The notes under the pieces were generated by a model. That model made no database searches, had not been told where the DNA came from, and worked only from the letters and a program-made list of their open reading frames with translations. Shown here in pieces: positions 13,791-24,645 of a stretch of 64,000 bases of DNA. Location: the NCBI RefSeq assembly GCF_002571385.2, contig NW_019218284.1:110839-174838 (forward strand). The letters run 5' to 3'. How positions within the stretch are numbered: position 1 is the first letter of the stretch; the number at the start of each line of letters is the position of its first letter. A program made the translations under genes and the position numbers. The DNA comes from Stylophora pistillata. Lineage: Eukaryota.

Positions 13791-14875
13791 CAACCATTGC
13801 TTTTCCCTTTCAGATCACTAGAGAAACACTGTAATCACTAGATACTCGCAAGATTCAGAGGGAAAAATGCTAAAGCGAGGCGAGGTTGGGTTTCTTCCCA
13901 ACTAGTTTAAGAATGAGATACAATGAATATATGAAGATCATATATTTTGAACTGCGGTATTAGATACGTATGAATGCGACCATTTATTCCCACTGAAATC
14001 CTTACATGTCGCCCATTATGCGACATAACATTAATCCCTGATATTATCAGCTTCATTCAAGCAGAAATTTCGCTGCCTGAGAAGGACATTCCCCGGTTTA
14101 TTTTTAATGTGGAAAAACGACATAGCACGGATCGCAAAGTGATATGTTGATTTTATTCTCAATTTGGTAAGGAAAAAAGGTGCATTTTATCGAAACCCAA
14201 AATCGCAAGAAAAATACGTCGAGAACCCGAATTAAAAGTAGACAGCTTGTCTTGATAACGTTCTCAAATAATCGCGTGTATGCAACTTAATCGTTTTTGT
14301 TCTCAACGTAAGGACGGGGATAGTAAACCGTCGGTCCCGTCTACCCCTTATCATTGAAACGGATAAAAAAAGACATCTTAAAAACGTTTTTATTCAAGAA
14401 ACTCTACGGAATTTACTGCAATGCGTAGAGTAAGAAGCTCCCTGTGTCGTTGGAGAGATTCGTCTCATGAAATTAAAAATAGCTTGTAACTGAATTAATC
14501 GATTAAGTTGTCCAAGCGGGCATCCAGTCCAATGCAATGGTTGAAAACAAAACAAAAAAGAAAAATTAAAGACACTTAGCAGCGAATAAGTGCAAAAGCT
14601 AATTAGTTCTAATTAGTTCTAAATAGTTCTCGATCTGCGGTAAAAAATACCTGATGACACCTCGCCTCTTAATTTTTCCCTTCGCAGCGTATCACTCAAT
14701 TACCCCAAACCGAGCAGCTTTTCACCTCCTTGGGTAGGCGTGGCAACACCCCTTACCCAGAACTCAACGCGGTATGAGAATTCGCTGCACCAATATGGCG
14801 GCAGATGTTATGGTTTTATGAACTAATTAAAAGGCGGACAACTGAAAAACTGGATTGTTGATAAACACGTGAAGA

Positions 14876-17638
14876 ATGGAGAACGATGATATAAAGGAGG
14901 GTTTTATTTGCCCCATGTGTATGAAGGATTTGGGAAATGCTTCTGTTTTGCAAAGACATTTCGAGGAGAGTCATTCCGACGACAAGGACGCTCTTCGCCG
15001 AATGCGGGAGGCGTTTGGGAAAGCGAAGAGAAAGATTATAAACAAATTAGAGAGTTCTGAACCTGATGGAGCAACTTTGGATTCTGTAAATGGTGCTGTG
15101 GAAAATCCTGTTAGCAGAGGAGTCGATCCGTTTCTCTGGGACCAGCAAGATTTCGGTGAGAATTATTCTTAATATCAGCTGAGTAACGTTGTACACATTC
15201 CCTGTTTATCATGTGCACGATGAAGCAAGTTTTTGCAATATTGGCATGCGTTAATTGTTACCTTTTCAGTTTTTCTGCTTGCCGGTAGTTCATGGGCGTG
15301 TCATGAAACATGAGGTTCCATTCATTTACTTCAGTCGAATATTTACATTTATTCATTGATTATTTAAAAGATGCCGGTTTTGATTGTAGTCAAAATACTT
15401 AAGGTGCTATTTATCTGCTTTAAGCGGATAGTTTCTTAAGACTTGCGCTTTTACACTCTTTTCTGATCTTTACTTTTTCCATCAACGAACAAACGGGACT
15501 AAAAATCATTTGCACAGTTGTATAACTTAGAAGGAAAGAGTACCATAATAACCCCATACATTAATTATGCATTCCACTTCTTTGTCTTTCACGACAAAAC
15601 TTTAAAAACAATGTCTACTAGTCTGAATGCATAATTAATGTATGGGGTTATATGGTGCTCTTGCCACTTAGAATGCTGTAATCTGCTACACTTTTCTTAT
15701 TTTTCAATAGATATCTATTTGGTGATGATGATGATGATGAAACTTTATTAAGGTGTCTAAAGAAACCTAGCTTAGGTTAGAAACCTGTGCTAATTAGGGG
15801 ACACGACATAAATAAATATAAATTAAGGTAAAAATATTTAAATAATAAGCATACGTATAAATGATATCAATATTTACAGTATGAGAGATGTATCTATGAA
15901 TTACAAAGATGACAGCACTTACACCATTATCCATTAGCATAACTAAATCTAATGTACGTATTTTGTTTTTGAAACATTTTAAGGTGGTAACTTCTCTCAA
16001 GTCTGGTAATATTTTCCCCAGAGATTGGGCCCTAAATGGCGGAGGAAGTGCCTGTTATAATTATGCTACCGAAATTGTACCTGGCAGCAGAGAAATCAGA
16101 CTGCCTTAGGTTATGGTTAGATCTATGCTTAAAAAAATGTCACTAATATAGGAGGGACATAGATTGTTCTTGGCTTTATACATTAAAACACAAATGTCTT
16201 GTAATCTCCTATTCTGCAAGCTAGGGAGTTCTGCTCTTTTTAGAAGTTCAGGGTAGCTAGCATTCTGTTCCTAAAGACAGCACACAGGCTCCTTTCTTGC
16301 ATCCGCTCGATTTTACGAGAATCACTGGCTCAGCAAAAGTGCCACACAAGGTGGCAATATGTAAGGTGCGGCAATATTGCTGTTTTAAAAAGCACAAGTT
16401 TAGCATTTGTCGGAATCAAATTTCTAAGTCTCATAAGGACACCGATTTTCTGACTGGCATCTTTACAGATTATGTTAATGTGTTCTGAAAAATTCAGCTT
16501 GGAATCTATTGTGACGCCCAACAATTTGAGAGAGTCAGTTATACTAATATCATGATTATTTAATCTGATGACTTGAGTGGTGTTATTATTGCTTTGGCCA
16601 TGTCCGATGTTCATAATTAATTTTGATATTTCTTCAAGTTCCCTGCTAGAAGATTTGATTCGGACCATTTAGTGGCTTGCTGTGCACTTTCCTTTAGCAT
16701 TGACTTAACAGAGGACTGATCTCGTCCTGTGTGGTATATCTGATGATCGTCCGCGTACATAGACAAGTTAGTTGTTACACAGTATGACAAATCGTTCTGA
16801 AATATATTCCAAAGTAAGGGACCTAGATGGGAACCCTGTGGACAACCTTGGTTAACAGTCCTACTTGAACTGACAAGGACCTCAATTCTCACCCGGTAAT
16901 TGCGATCACGCAGATAACTCTCCAGAAGCCAGACTGTACTGCTTTCAAAGCCATAGGCTTTAAAGCTGTTCATAAATTTCAAACATACCTGCAATGGTGT
17001 GTGTTGGGCATGTTCGCCATTCACTGAGCCACCAGAAGCATTGCTCGGTGTTAAGATCTCTGTCTTCTTTTCTAGCTGTTATCAATTTTCCTTACCATTT
17101 TTGTTTTTCAACTACCCCCTCCATTCTTGCTTCTTGAGGGCGAGTCTTCTTAGGCGAGTCTTAAACTTAACCCCGAATACAACTTCACCTTCCTCTGTAA
17201 CACAGGCTGGGTTAGGATAATTAAGCTGTAACTGCAGGCTGTACTCTTTTGCATACTTTCCCGCTTCCTTCGTCATTGACTGGTATCCTTTACTCTCCGC
17301 TTGCTCCTCAAACTCTCTCACCATCTTCATGGCCGGGTCTCTGTTCTGATACAACTTGACTGCGGCTTTAACTTTCGTCTACTTGTACTTGGTCTCAACG
17401 GAACGCTGGCCTCTCCCCCCCTTATCGCGGGGCAGGTATAACAGGGATGTTGTACCACAAGGGTGCTTTCCTCTGCTCTCTGTTATGATTTTGCAGGCAT
17501 CTCTATCCACCTGTCTCAATTCCGTTATTGGCCAGTGCTGTCTCCACATGAAGTAAGACAATATCTGTTGTTATTTTCTTCCAATGCTTGACTTCTGTGG
17601 GCATCCCCTACATTAAGCTCTTATTATTATTACTGTTA

Positions 17639-17694
<56 letters not shown>

Positions 17695-20600
17695 CAGTAT
17701 TGTTGGTTTTTTCATAACCTCTCTCAAGCACCAAATGTCAAATATGAAGAGTTTGTGGAAAAGATGGTCCTCCTTTTAAGAGTGAATTTTTATTCCACAA
17801 CGCAACAGTCTTTATTCTTTTTTGTACTCACACACATACACTGTGATAAATCATTTTTTTTTTAACCAGAACTGCTTACAGTTATAATGAGAACAAAGGA
17901 CTGTACATCTAGGGAATAACCATAATTATTACACGACTCGGGCAGTCAGAGGGCCAATAACTAAAATCAACCAATCAAAATGCTCTATTGCCGGTCAATA
18001 TTCTCTCACTATTGGACTGGGCACTGTCCCAAAGGATCCCGAATGATACTGCACGTGTGTCCCTTTGAACTTCAGTCCTATAATAAATCTCTTATTAACC
18101 AAGCTTGCTCAGGACCGTACTAGAAGAATATCGGCCCTCTGTCTTTTTTGTACAGACCTCGCTGCGCTTGGTCCGTACTGTCAAGACCTCGGGTCGATAT
18201 TCTCCCAGTACGGCTCTCGCGCTTGGTTAATAAGATATATTTATTATTCAAAAGACATGTTACAACTGACAATGCTATGGTGGAGTACAACTTGTTGAGA
18301 TTCTAAACTGTCTTTTTTGCCAAAATCTGTTGTTATTTTCTTCCAATTCTTGACTTTTGTGGGCATCCCCTACATTAACCTCTTACTAACCAAATTCAAG
18401 GGGGGTCCTGTTAGTTACTGAACCTCAGGGCTGTGGTCTAGCAGCACCTGGTGGCCCCNNNNNNNNNNNNNNNNNNNNNNNNNNNNNNNNNNNNNNNNNN
18501 NNNNNNNNNNNNNNNNNNNNNNNNNNNNNNNNNNNNNNNNNNNNNNNNNNNNNNNNNNNNNNNNNNNNNNNNNNNNNNNNNNNNNNNNNNNNNNNNNNNN
18601 NNCAAGGACTACAGGGTAAAATAAATTGACTCACACGAAATGTGATGGCTGTATTATTTTGGGTTTCAAAATCAAACCCATGTAACATTCACAAATTGTT
18701 ATTTATTCAGGGCTTTCTGTGAGCAGTACTTTTTTTTTATGGGCATGTCCAAAGTCAGAAAAAAAAAATTACAGGTAGTACCAATCTTTTGGTGGTAATC
18801 AAGTGCGATTGGACAAGTGAGGTCACAGATTTTGTTGTCCCAAAAGTTTTTCATCCATGGATGACATTTGGATGGCCCAATATTTCTGTATGGTGTAAAG
18901 GCTAGGCAAATGGAGTATCTAGTGCAGGAAGAGATTTATAACTTACTGTTACAATACTCCTGGATGCCCAAATCTGGTATGACTGCTGGTGGTGTGAACT
19001 ACAAAACATGTACACAGATTTATTTACCCAATGTTCATTTGCTTCACCTGGAATTTTGAGCTATTACTTGACAGCAACTTTACATTTAATAGTTAGTGTG
19101 CACATGTTTTTTTGTTGTTGTAAAAATAAAATTATTTTGTTTTAGCTTTTAAGGTCAGGAGTGACTGTGAAGGATTCACCCGCATTACCTACAAGACCAG
19201 GGAGAAAATGTTAGTATGTGTCTCCTTCTTGAAACATAAGAGTGTATTTTGGGCACAAGCAGCTAGGGTTAAAATTACCTTGAGAAGGGATAGATAAGAC
19301 CATTCTTAGTTTTCAGATGAGAAGTTTAGAACCATGACCTGTATTTCACAAAATTAATAGTACCATTTGTTAGTTGATGTTTTTCCACATAGTCTTCATT
19401 GCTAAGCAAATATTTTCTTCACTCCAATGAAGGGCTAACGCTCGAAACGTCAGCTTTTGTAATAGTTACGGTGGCCCATTTACCATTTCAACTTTGTTGA
19501 TGATATCCAAATTATTTCGTTACTCCCACCGGTGCAGCCCCAAACAGTTTCTTTCAAAACTATCAGCCTTTATTATTTTCTTAACAGCTTTAGAGAGGAG
19601 GCTGGTGCCATGGATTGCTGACAGTGAAGTGAAGTCTTGCCCTCTTTGCAAGAAGCAGTTTAATCTGGCTCGACGCCGGCATCACTGTCGACTGTGTGGG
19701 GGAATAATGTGTGCAAAGTGCTCAGTGTTTGTGTCTGTCTCTTTTTCAGGTAAGAAACTTTGTTTTAATTAAATTAAAAAATTATCTTCTTTGCATCCAG
19801 ACTATGTTATAGAATATTAATATTATCTTTGATTTATAGTTTCTGTGTTAAAACTGGACCAAACAGGCTCAAGCCTTCCAAGGAGGTTAAAGGGGCGCTC
19901 CAAAGATGATTCTGATGAAGCTGGGATTCGTGCTTGTCAAGCCTGTATGGATTGTTTAGAGAGGTACACTACAGTTGAACTTTGTTATTTTATGTGCTAA
20001 AAAAGCAACAAAAAGAAAGTCAATGGTTAGTTCATGACACTCAGTAACAAACCATTCCCTTATACATTTCCTTCAAAACAGTTTTTTTAATGCATCCTAC
20101 AAATGTGTAAATTCAAACCAGCTTTAACTTGTGTCAAGAAAACAAACCTGTGGGAGGGAGATGTGATTGCTCTTCCTTTGTTTAATGTGGTACAGACTCT
20201 CTTAGATCTAATTCATTTATCATACATTTTAGCAAAGCCAAAATCTTTGGTACTTAAATACAAAAAATGCAGCTGACTTAAAATGGGTGACTTAAAATTT
20301 GCAGCTGGCAACAATTTTTTCAACTCAATGACCTTTTTAAAGTTGGAGTTTTTATGCGAATTTGTTTTTAAAATGTAATATGTGTATGATTTTTTCTCAA
20401 AGATATGATCGACAAGAAAAAGAAAAGAAAACAAAGCCGCCGGCTGTTCAATTGTATGAGGTAATAAAAGGCATTGCTAGCGATCAAGTCATTCATAGAA
20501 CTTTTTATCTATGAATTATATAAAGTTTTGTCATCACATACAGTACATTAACCTTATGATATATCTTTAACTTGATGTTTTTTTTTAATCTAGGAAAAAA

Positions 20601-22058
20601 GATAGGCTGCTGTTAGATTTTCATTCATCCCTATTCACTATTATTATTAATATTATTGTAATTTTTTTATCTAATGCACCTTCAATAAAGCTCCACCAAA
20701 CCTCTCCCTTAGACAATTTTTTAACTCTTTAACTGCTGAGATCTGTTTGTCAATTCTCCCCTCTAACTGCTACACATTTCCTCTTGAATCAGTTATGAGA
20801 ATTTGGTGCTAGATCAATTTAATAACCCCTTCCTGATAAGTTTGTGGAGGCGTGGTGGCCTCATGGTTAGTGCGCTTGACTCCGGATCGAGTGGTCCAGG
20901 TTCGAGCCCCGGGCCGAGACATTGTGTTGTGTTCTTAGGCAAGACACTTTACTCTCACAGTGCCTCTCTTCACCCAGGTGTTTAAATGGGTACCGGCAAT
21001 TATTTTATTGCTGGGGGTAACCCTGCGATGGACTGGCATCCCATCCAGGGGGGAGTAGAAATACTCCTAGTTGCTTCATGCTACAGAAACCGGAGTTAAG
21101 CACCGGCCTAATGGGCCACTAGGCTTGTAAACAGACTTTACTTTACTACTTACTTTACCTGATAAGTTTGAGTATTCTCATTACCCAGATGCTGGATATT
21201 GTTTGGGTATTGTAGAGAGAAGTTACTTAGTAACCACTTTTGGGAGTTTAAGGGTTAAGCCATGATTATTACTTCCTTTCTTGCAGAAAATGAAGAGCTC
21301 TATGACAGAGGCAGAATTGCTTCAACCCACTTATACCAAAATGGCTGATTCAATTAAGTGGGTATTGTTTAAAATTTCCTAAACTTTTTTGATAGTTCAT
21401 GACAACCTTTAAGTTCAGTTTATAACATTTGAGACTCTGAGCAATCCTCCCTTTTCTGATAAAGCCCATTGCACAAGTTAAAAAAAAAAAANGATTGATT
21501 TCATAATTTTATTCTGTTCCCTTTTTCTGTAGTAAAAAGATAGCAGCTTTGGGAACTCAGGCTGAGAAACCACTAAGTCCCCAGGCAATGAAACTCCAAA
21601 GAGGCATAAGAGCTTTTGCTACAGGATACCTACAAGAGAACATGTTCACACTTCCAAATCTGCCACCCGTGGACAAAATTAGTAAACTTCAAGAAGAGAG
21701 GGCAAAAGCTTTGGCCAGAAAAGCAGCAGAAGAGAAGGCACAAAGAGAACGAGCCATGCAAGAAAGGTTACGCGCAGCAAAAGTGCGGCAACAAGGACAT
21801 GGAGACCTTAATAGAAATGAGCCTTCAGGCAAGCTTAAGACTGCCCAGCAGACCCCAGAGTCTGTTGTAGGAAATGGGTGGGGCCCAGTCCCCATCACTC
21901 AAGGCTCCTCCCCAGACCCCATGCTGCAGCAGATGGATATTATCAAAAGTTACATAGTGCAAGCTAGACAACAGAAGAAGTATGATGAAGTTGAAATGCT
22001 CGAGAGAAACTTAATGGAACTCGAGGAGGAGTACTTTCGGCAGCATCAAGGAAGATAG
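14876..22058 (+). CDS. RBSN: Rabenosyn-5 (C2H2 finger, FYVE, C-terminal Rab-binding helical hairpin); model incomplete at assembly gaps
   Basis: Exons 14876-15155 (EGFICPMCMKDL..LQRHFEESH), 19146-19209, 19588-19749 (VPWIADSEVKSCPLC..RRRHHCRLCGGIMCAKC), 19840-19963 (IRACQAC), 20403-20460, 21287-21357, 21533-22058 (DPMLQQMDIIKSYIVQARQQKKYDEVEMLERNLMEL). One exon between 15155 and 19146 and probably one near 21492 are not visible. Confidence 0.95.
15527..15670. mobile_element. MITE-like element with ~40-bp terminal inverted repeats
   Basis: agagtaccataataaccccatacattaattatgcattc ... gaatgcataattaatgtatggggttatatggtgctct. Confidence 0.6.
15722..16975 (-). mobile_element. 5'-truncated, frameshifted L2/CR1-group LINE in RBSN intron 1
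   Basis: Minus ORFs with QGCPQGSHLGPLLWNIF, MYADDHQ, LKLLGVTIDSKLNFSEHI, YCHLVWHFC; 3' AATAAA and (CAT)n tail at ~15722-15750. Confidence 0.9.
16976..17562 (-). mobile_element. Fragment of an R4/Dong-like (RLE-type) non-LTR retrotransposon
   Basis: WPITELRQVDR..KHP..LYLPRDKGGRG, a post-RT motif typical of RLE-clade elements. Confidence 0.7.
19425..19575 (+). repeat. Dispersed ~150-bp Penelope-terminus-like repeat (other copies 3348-3455 and 25790-25937, both minus)
   Basis: tgaagggctaacgctcgaaacgtcagctttt...cagccccaaacagtttctttc..aaactatcagccttta; reverse-complement copies are near identical at the other two sites. Confidence 0.75.
20720..21258. mobile_element. Member of an abundant ~190-bp MITE-like family (TTAACCC...GGGTTAA-type ends), here interrupted by the SINE
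   Basis: ttaactctttaact..gagatctg..tcaattctcccctct ... ggagtttaagggttaa. Related copies at ~23990-24185, 25225-25390, 26365-26575, 29010-29205, 31315-31497, 33817-34018, 39105-39298 and 59226-59410. Confidence 0.6.
20845..21157 (+). mobile_element. tRNA-derived SINE with 13-bp target-site duplication
   Basis: Pol III A box (tggcctcatggttag) and B box (ggttcgagccc), short (CTTTA)-type tail; TSD cctgataagtttg at 20832-20844 and 21158-21170. Confidence 0.9.
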
Positions 22059-22269
22059 CAAATTATAAGCATCCTTTGGAATACATGACATTAGTATTTT
22101 TTGAAGGGGATGATTAATTTTTGTATGTGGGCAGCAATTATTTTCAAAGAATCTAATAATTAAATTAGTTTCTTTCTGTTTTTAAGGAAAAGTAATCTTG
22201 TAAAATAAATATAAATTTTTGAAGATAACCAGATCTTTGCAATTGTTTGCAGTTGTGTACTAGTGAGTT

Positions 22270-22606
22270 CACAGGCGGCCCAAGCTCTCTTTGAGAACCA
22301 CACATGGAACACAATTTGCATATCGATTTATAAGGATTTGTATGGGATTTTCTACAAGATATCCATAGAGATAGTTAAAAGTGAAAATATTAAAGAAAAA
22401 TGGCTTACCTTATTCCATACGTGTGTTGCTTGCTCCTGGTGTCGCTATTCCACACGTATGGAATAAGGTAAGTCATTTTTATTTAATNTTTTCACTTTTA
22501 ACTATCTCTATGGATATCTTGTAGAAAATCCCATACAAATCCTTATAAATCGATATGCAAATTGTGTTCCTTGTGTGGTTCTCAAAGAGAGCTTGGGCCC
22601 CCTGTG
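22270..22606. repeat. Near-perfect foldback palindrome (~155-bp arms, ~25-nt loop), MITE-like
   Basis: cacaggcggcccaagctctctttgagaacc...tattccatacgtgtg [loop] cacacgtatggaata...ggttctcaaagagagcttgggccccctgtg. Confidence 0.92.
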
Positions 22607-23138
22607 GAGAGCTATGATAATATTTTCAATTTATCTTAAAATCATATGACCACCTAGAATATAATGATATGCAAGAGCACATGTTCATGTGAAAAACACA
22701 GACAGCTTCACTGGGTTGGCCTCAAATATTGCCACATTTGTGACACAGTGTCACACAATACTCCATGAATGGATACAGGCGGTCAATGTATATTTTCTGT
22801 AAAAAAAGGTACCAAATAAATGTAAAACAATGAAAAGTTAAATACAGTTTATTTTGTAAATTAAGGAACAAAGTGTTACACCCTGATTTTGAAAATGTTT
22901 GATCACTTCTTAGGATTGTGTATATGGTGTGCATTTAAGTTTTTTCCTGGCTTAAAATATTTTTACTTTGATTTCCCTTTGTCTTGTAGCTACTCATATT
23001 TCCTTGATCTGAGAAGATGGAAGATTAATATTACTCTGGTTTGAAAAATATCAAACTAATGATAAATTTGAACTTCAGCTTTCACCAAAACATATTATAC
23101 AAACAAGAAAAATATTAGTTTCCGAAGACGAAATCAAG

Positions 23139-24489
23139 TTATCCTGCTGAAGCTTCCTCTTTGAGTTGCCAGAATTTTGGTTTCTTTGCCTCAGGATGTG
23201 GAACAATGGCTGTGCATGGCCTCTGTCCTGGCTTCTGACAGATACAGTAGCAATGTCCAAACCGGCCAAAGTTTGCAGGGTTCAAACGGCCAGGATATTT
23301 TTCCTTTACACTGTCTTTTTGCTCCCTAAAATTAATTGTAGCAAAAATAATTGAATACTTTTAATTTGCATGCTTTGTTTTAGGCCAAAATCTGCTTAGG
23401 TTCAGATAAAAAATGTCTATTTTTACAATAAAATAATATGAACATTTGTATCATTACTCACATTTCTGTGGCTCCAGCCACTTTACCAAACATCTCTAAA
23501 ATCTCGGGTCCAGTTTTACTGTCCACATCCATTGCCACCTTTTTTCCATTGCCTGAAGTCAATCAGCCATAAATAGATATGTTGGAATAGAAAGTTATTC
23601 TTTTGCTTCCTCCCACCCACCACTTTAAGAAACCATACACCCCCCCCTCAGGCTCGAAGGTAACAAGTTCTTCTATGATAATATGTTTCAACCCTTCTCC
23701 CCCCCACCCCTCCCCCATGTTACAAAGATTACTGGGTAAACATTGGCAAGCCAGCCTTCACATCACTTTTTTGGACCCTTCAATTTCCATGGGTGACCAA
23801 AACAAAATTTCTCCTTGCATATCAATAGACCTTATTAAGTGGACAAGTGATGAGAATATTGGGAATTCATAGTTGATGACTTGATCCAATACCAAACTGT
23901 GCACTTGCCCAAAAATTACTAAATGAAGGTAAATCTGATACACTGCGAACTGAGAATTGGGATGCTACAAAAATGCATGTAATCCCAAAAGTGATTAACA
24001 TGTAACTTCTCCTAATAATATCCATACATTATCCAGCAATCATTATTTTAATGAGATTTACTCTAACTTATCAGGTTAAAGTTTTTTTCTCGATCTAACA
24101 TCAATTTCCCAGAACTAGTTAACAAGGAAATGTGTAGCAGCTAAAGGGAAGAAAAAACAATTACATTTTGGAAGGTAAAGGCTATAGTTATTGTAAAATT
24201 TTTCAGGTGTTTAATTTCTAACTATGATCCAATAACGTTATGCTCGATACCTACCAAAAAATATATGCACCACTGGATAGCTTAATCTGTTTCTCGTTGT
24301 CATGATCTGGACAGTGCGATTCTTGTACTGAATTTGAGGAACATCTTTGTAAATGAAATTTCTGAGGCCAAGACTTTCTTGTTTAGTAGTATAATTTAAC
24401 AGCACGTTCTTCACATCCGATTTTAATATCAACTTTCCCGAGTTGAGGTATTCAAATGTGCGACGGAATGGAAACCTTCCAGTTGGCAT
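23139..24489 (-). CDS. MRPS25: Mitochondrial small-subunit ribosomal protein mS25, 3 exons, ~170 aa
   Basis: Exons 24489-24255, 23552-23462, 23325-23139 (513 nt). MPTGRFPFRRTFEYL..VPQIQYKN..MDVDSK..NPANFG..CYCICQKPGQRPC matches the mS25 pattern MPMKGRFPIRRTL..IPQIQYKNP..PANFG..CICEVEGQVPC. Confidence 0.95.
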
Positions 24490-24645
24490 ATTAGACAATT
24501 AATTCTTCCCAAATTCGATTTTCACAAGTCAAACTATTCTCAACATTCTGACTCTACAACTCTTCCAACATCTTAGAATACACGATGCTTCAGCGGTCAC
24601 TCAACAGATGTAAGTTTTACATGACAGGTAATTTTTAAAGAGAGC
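24490..24645. promoter_or_regulatory. Putative bidirectional promoter between MRPS25 and its paralog
   Basis: Only 156 bp separates the divergent start codons; a YY1/Kozak-like aacatggccgcc motif lies at ~24676. Confidence 0.6.

Noticed and set aside
2548-17779. Poly-Ile and poly-Asn ORFs (2548, 2584, 8897, 17588)
   Set aside because: Translations of (ATT)n microsatellites or retroelement tails.
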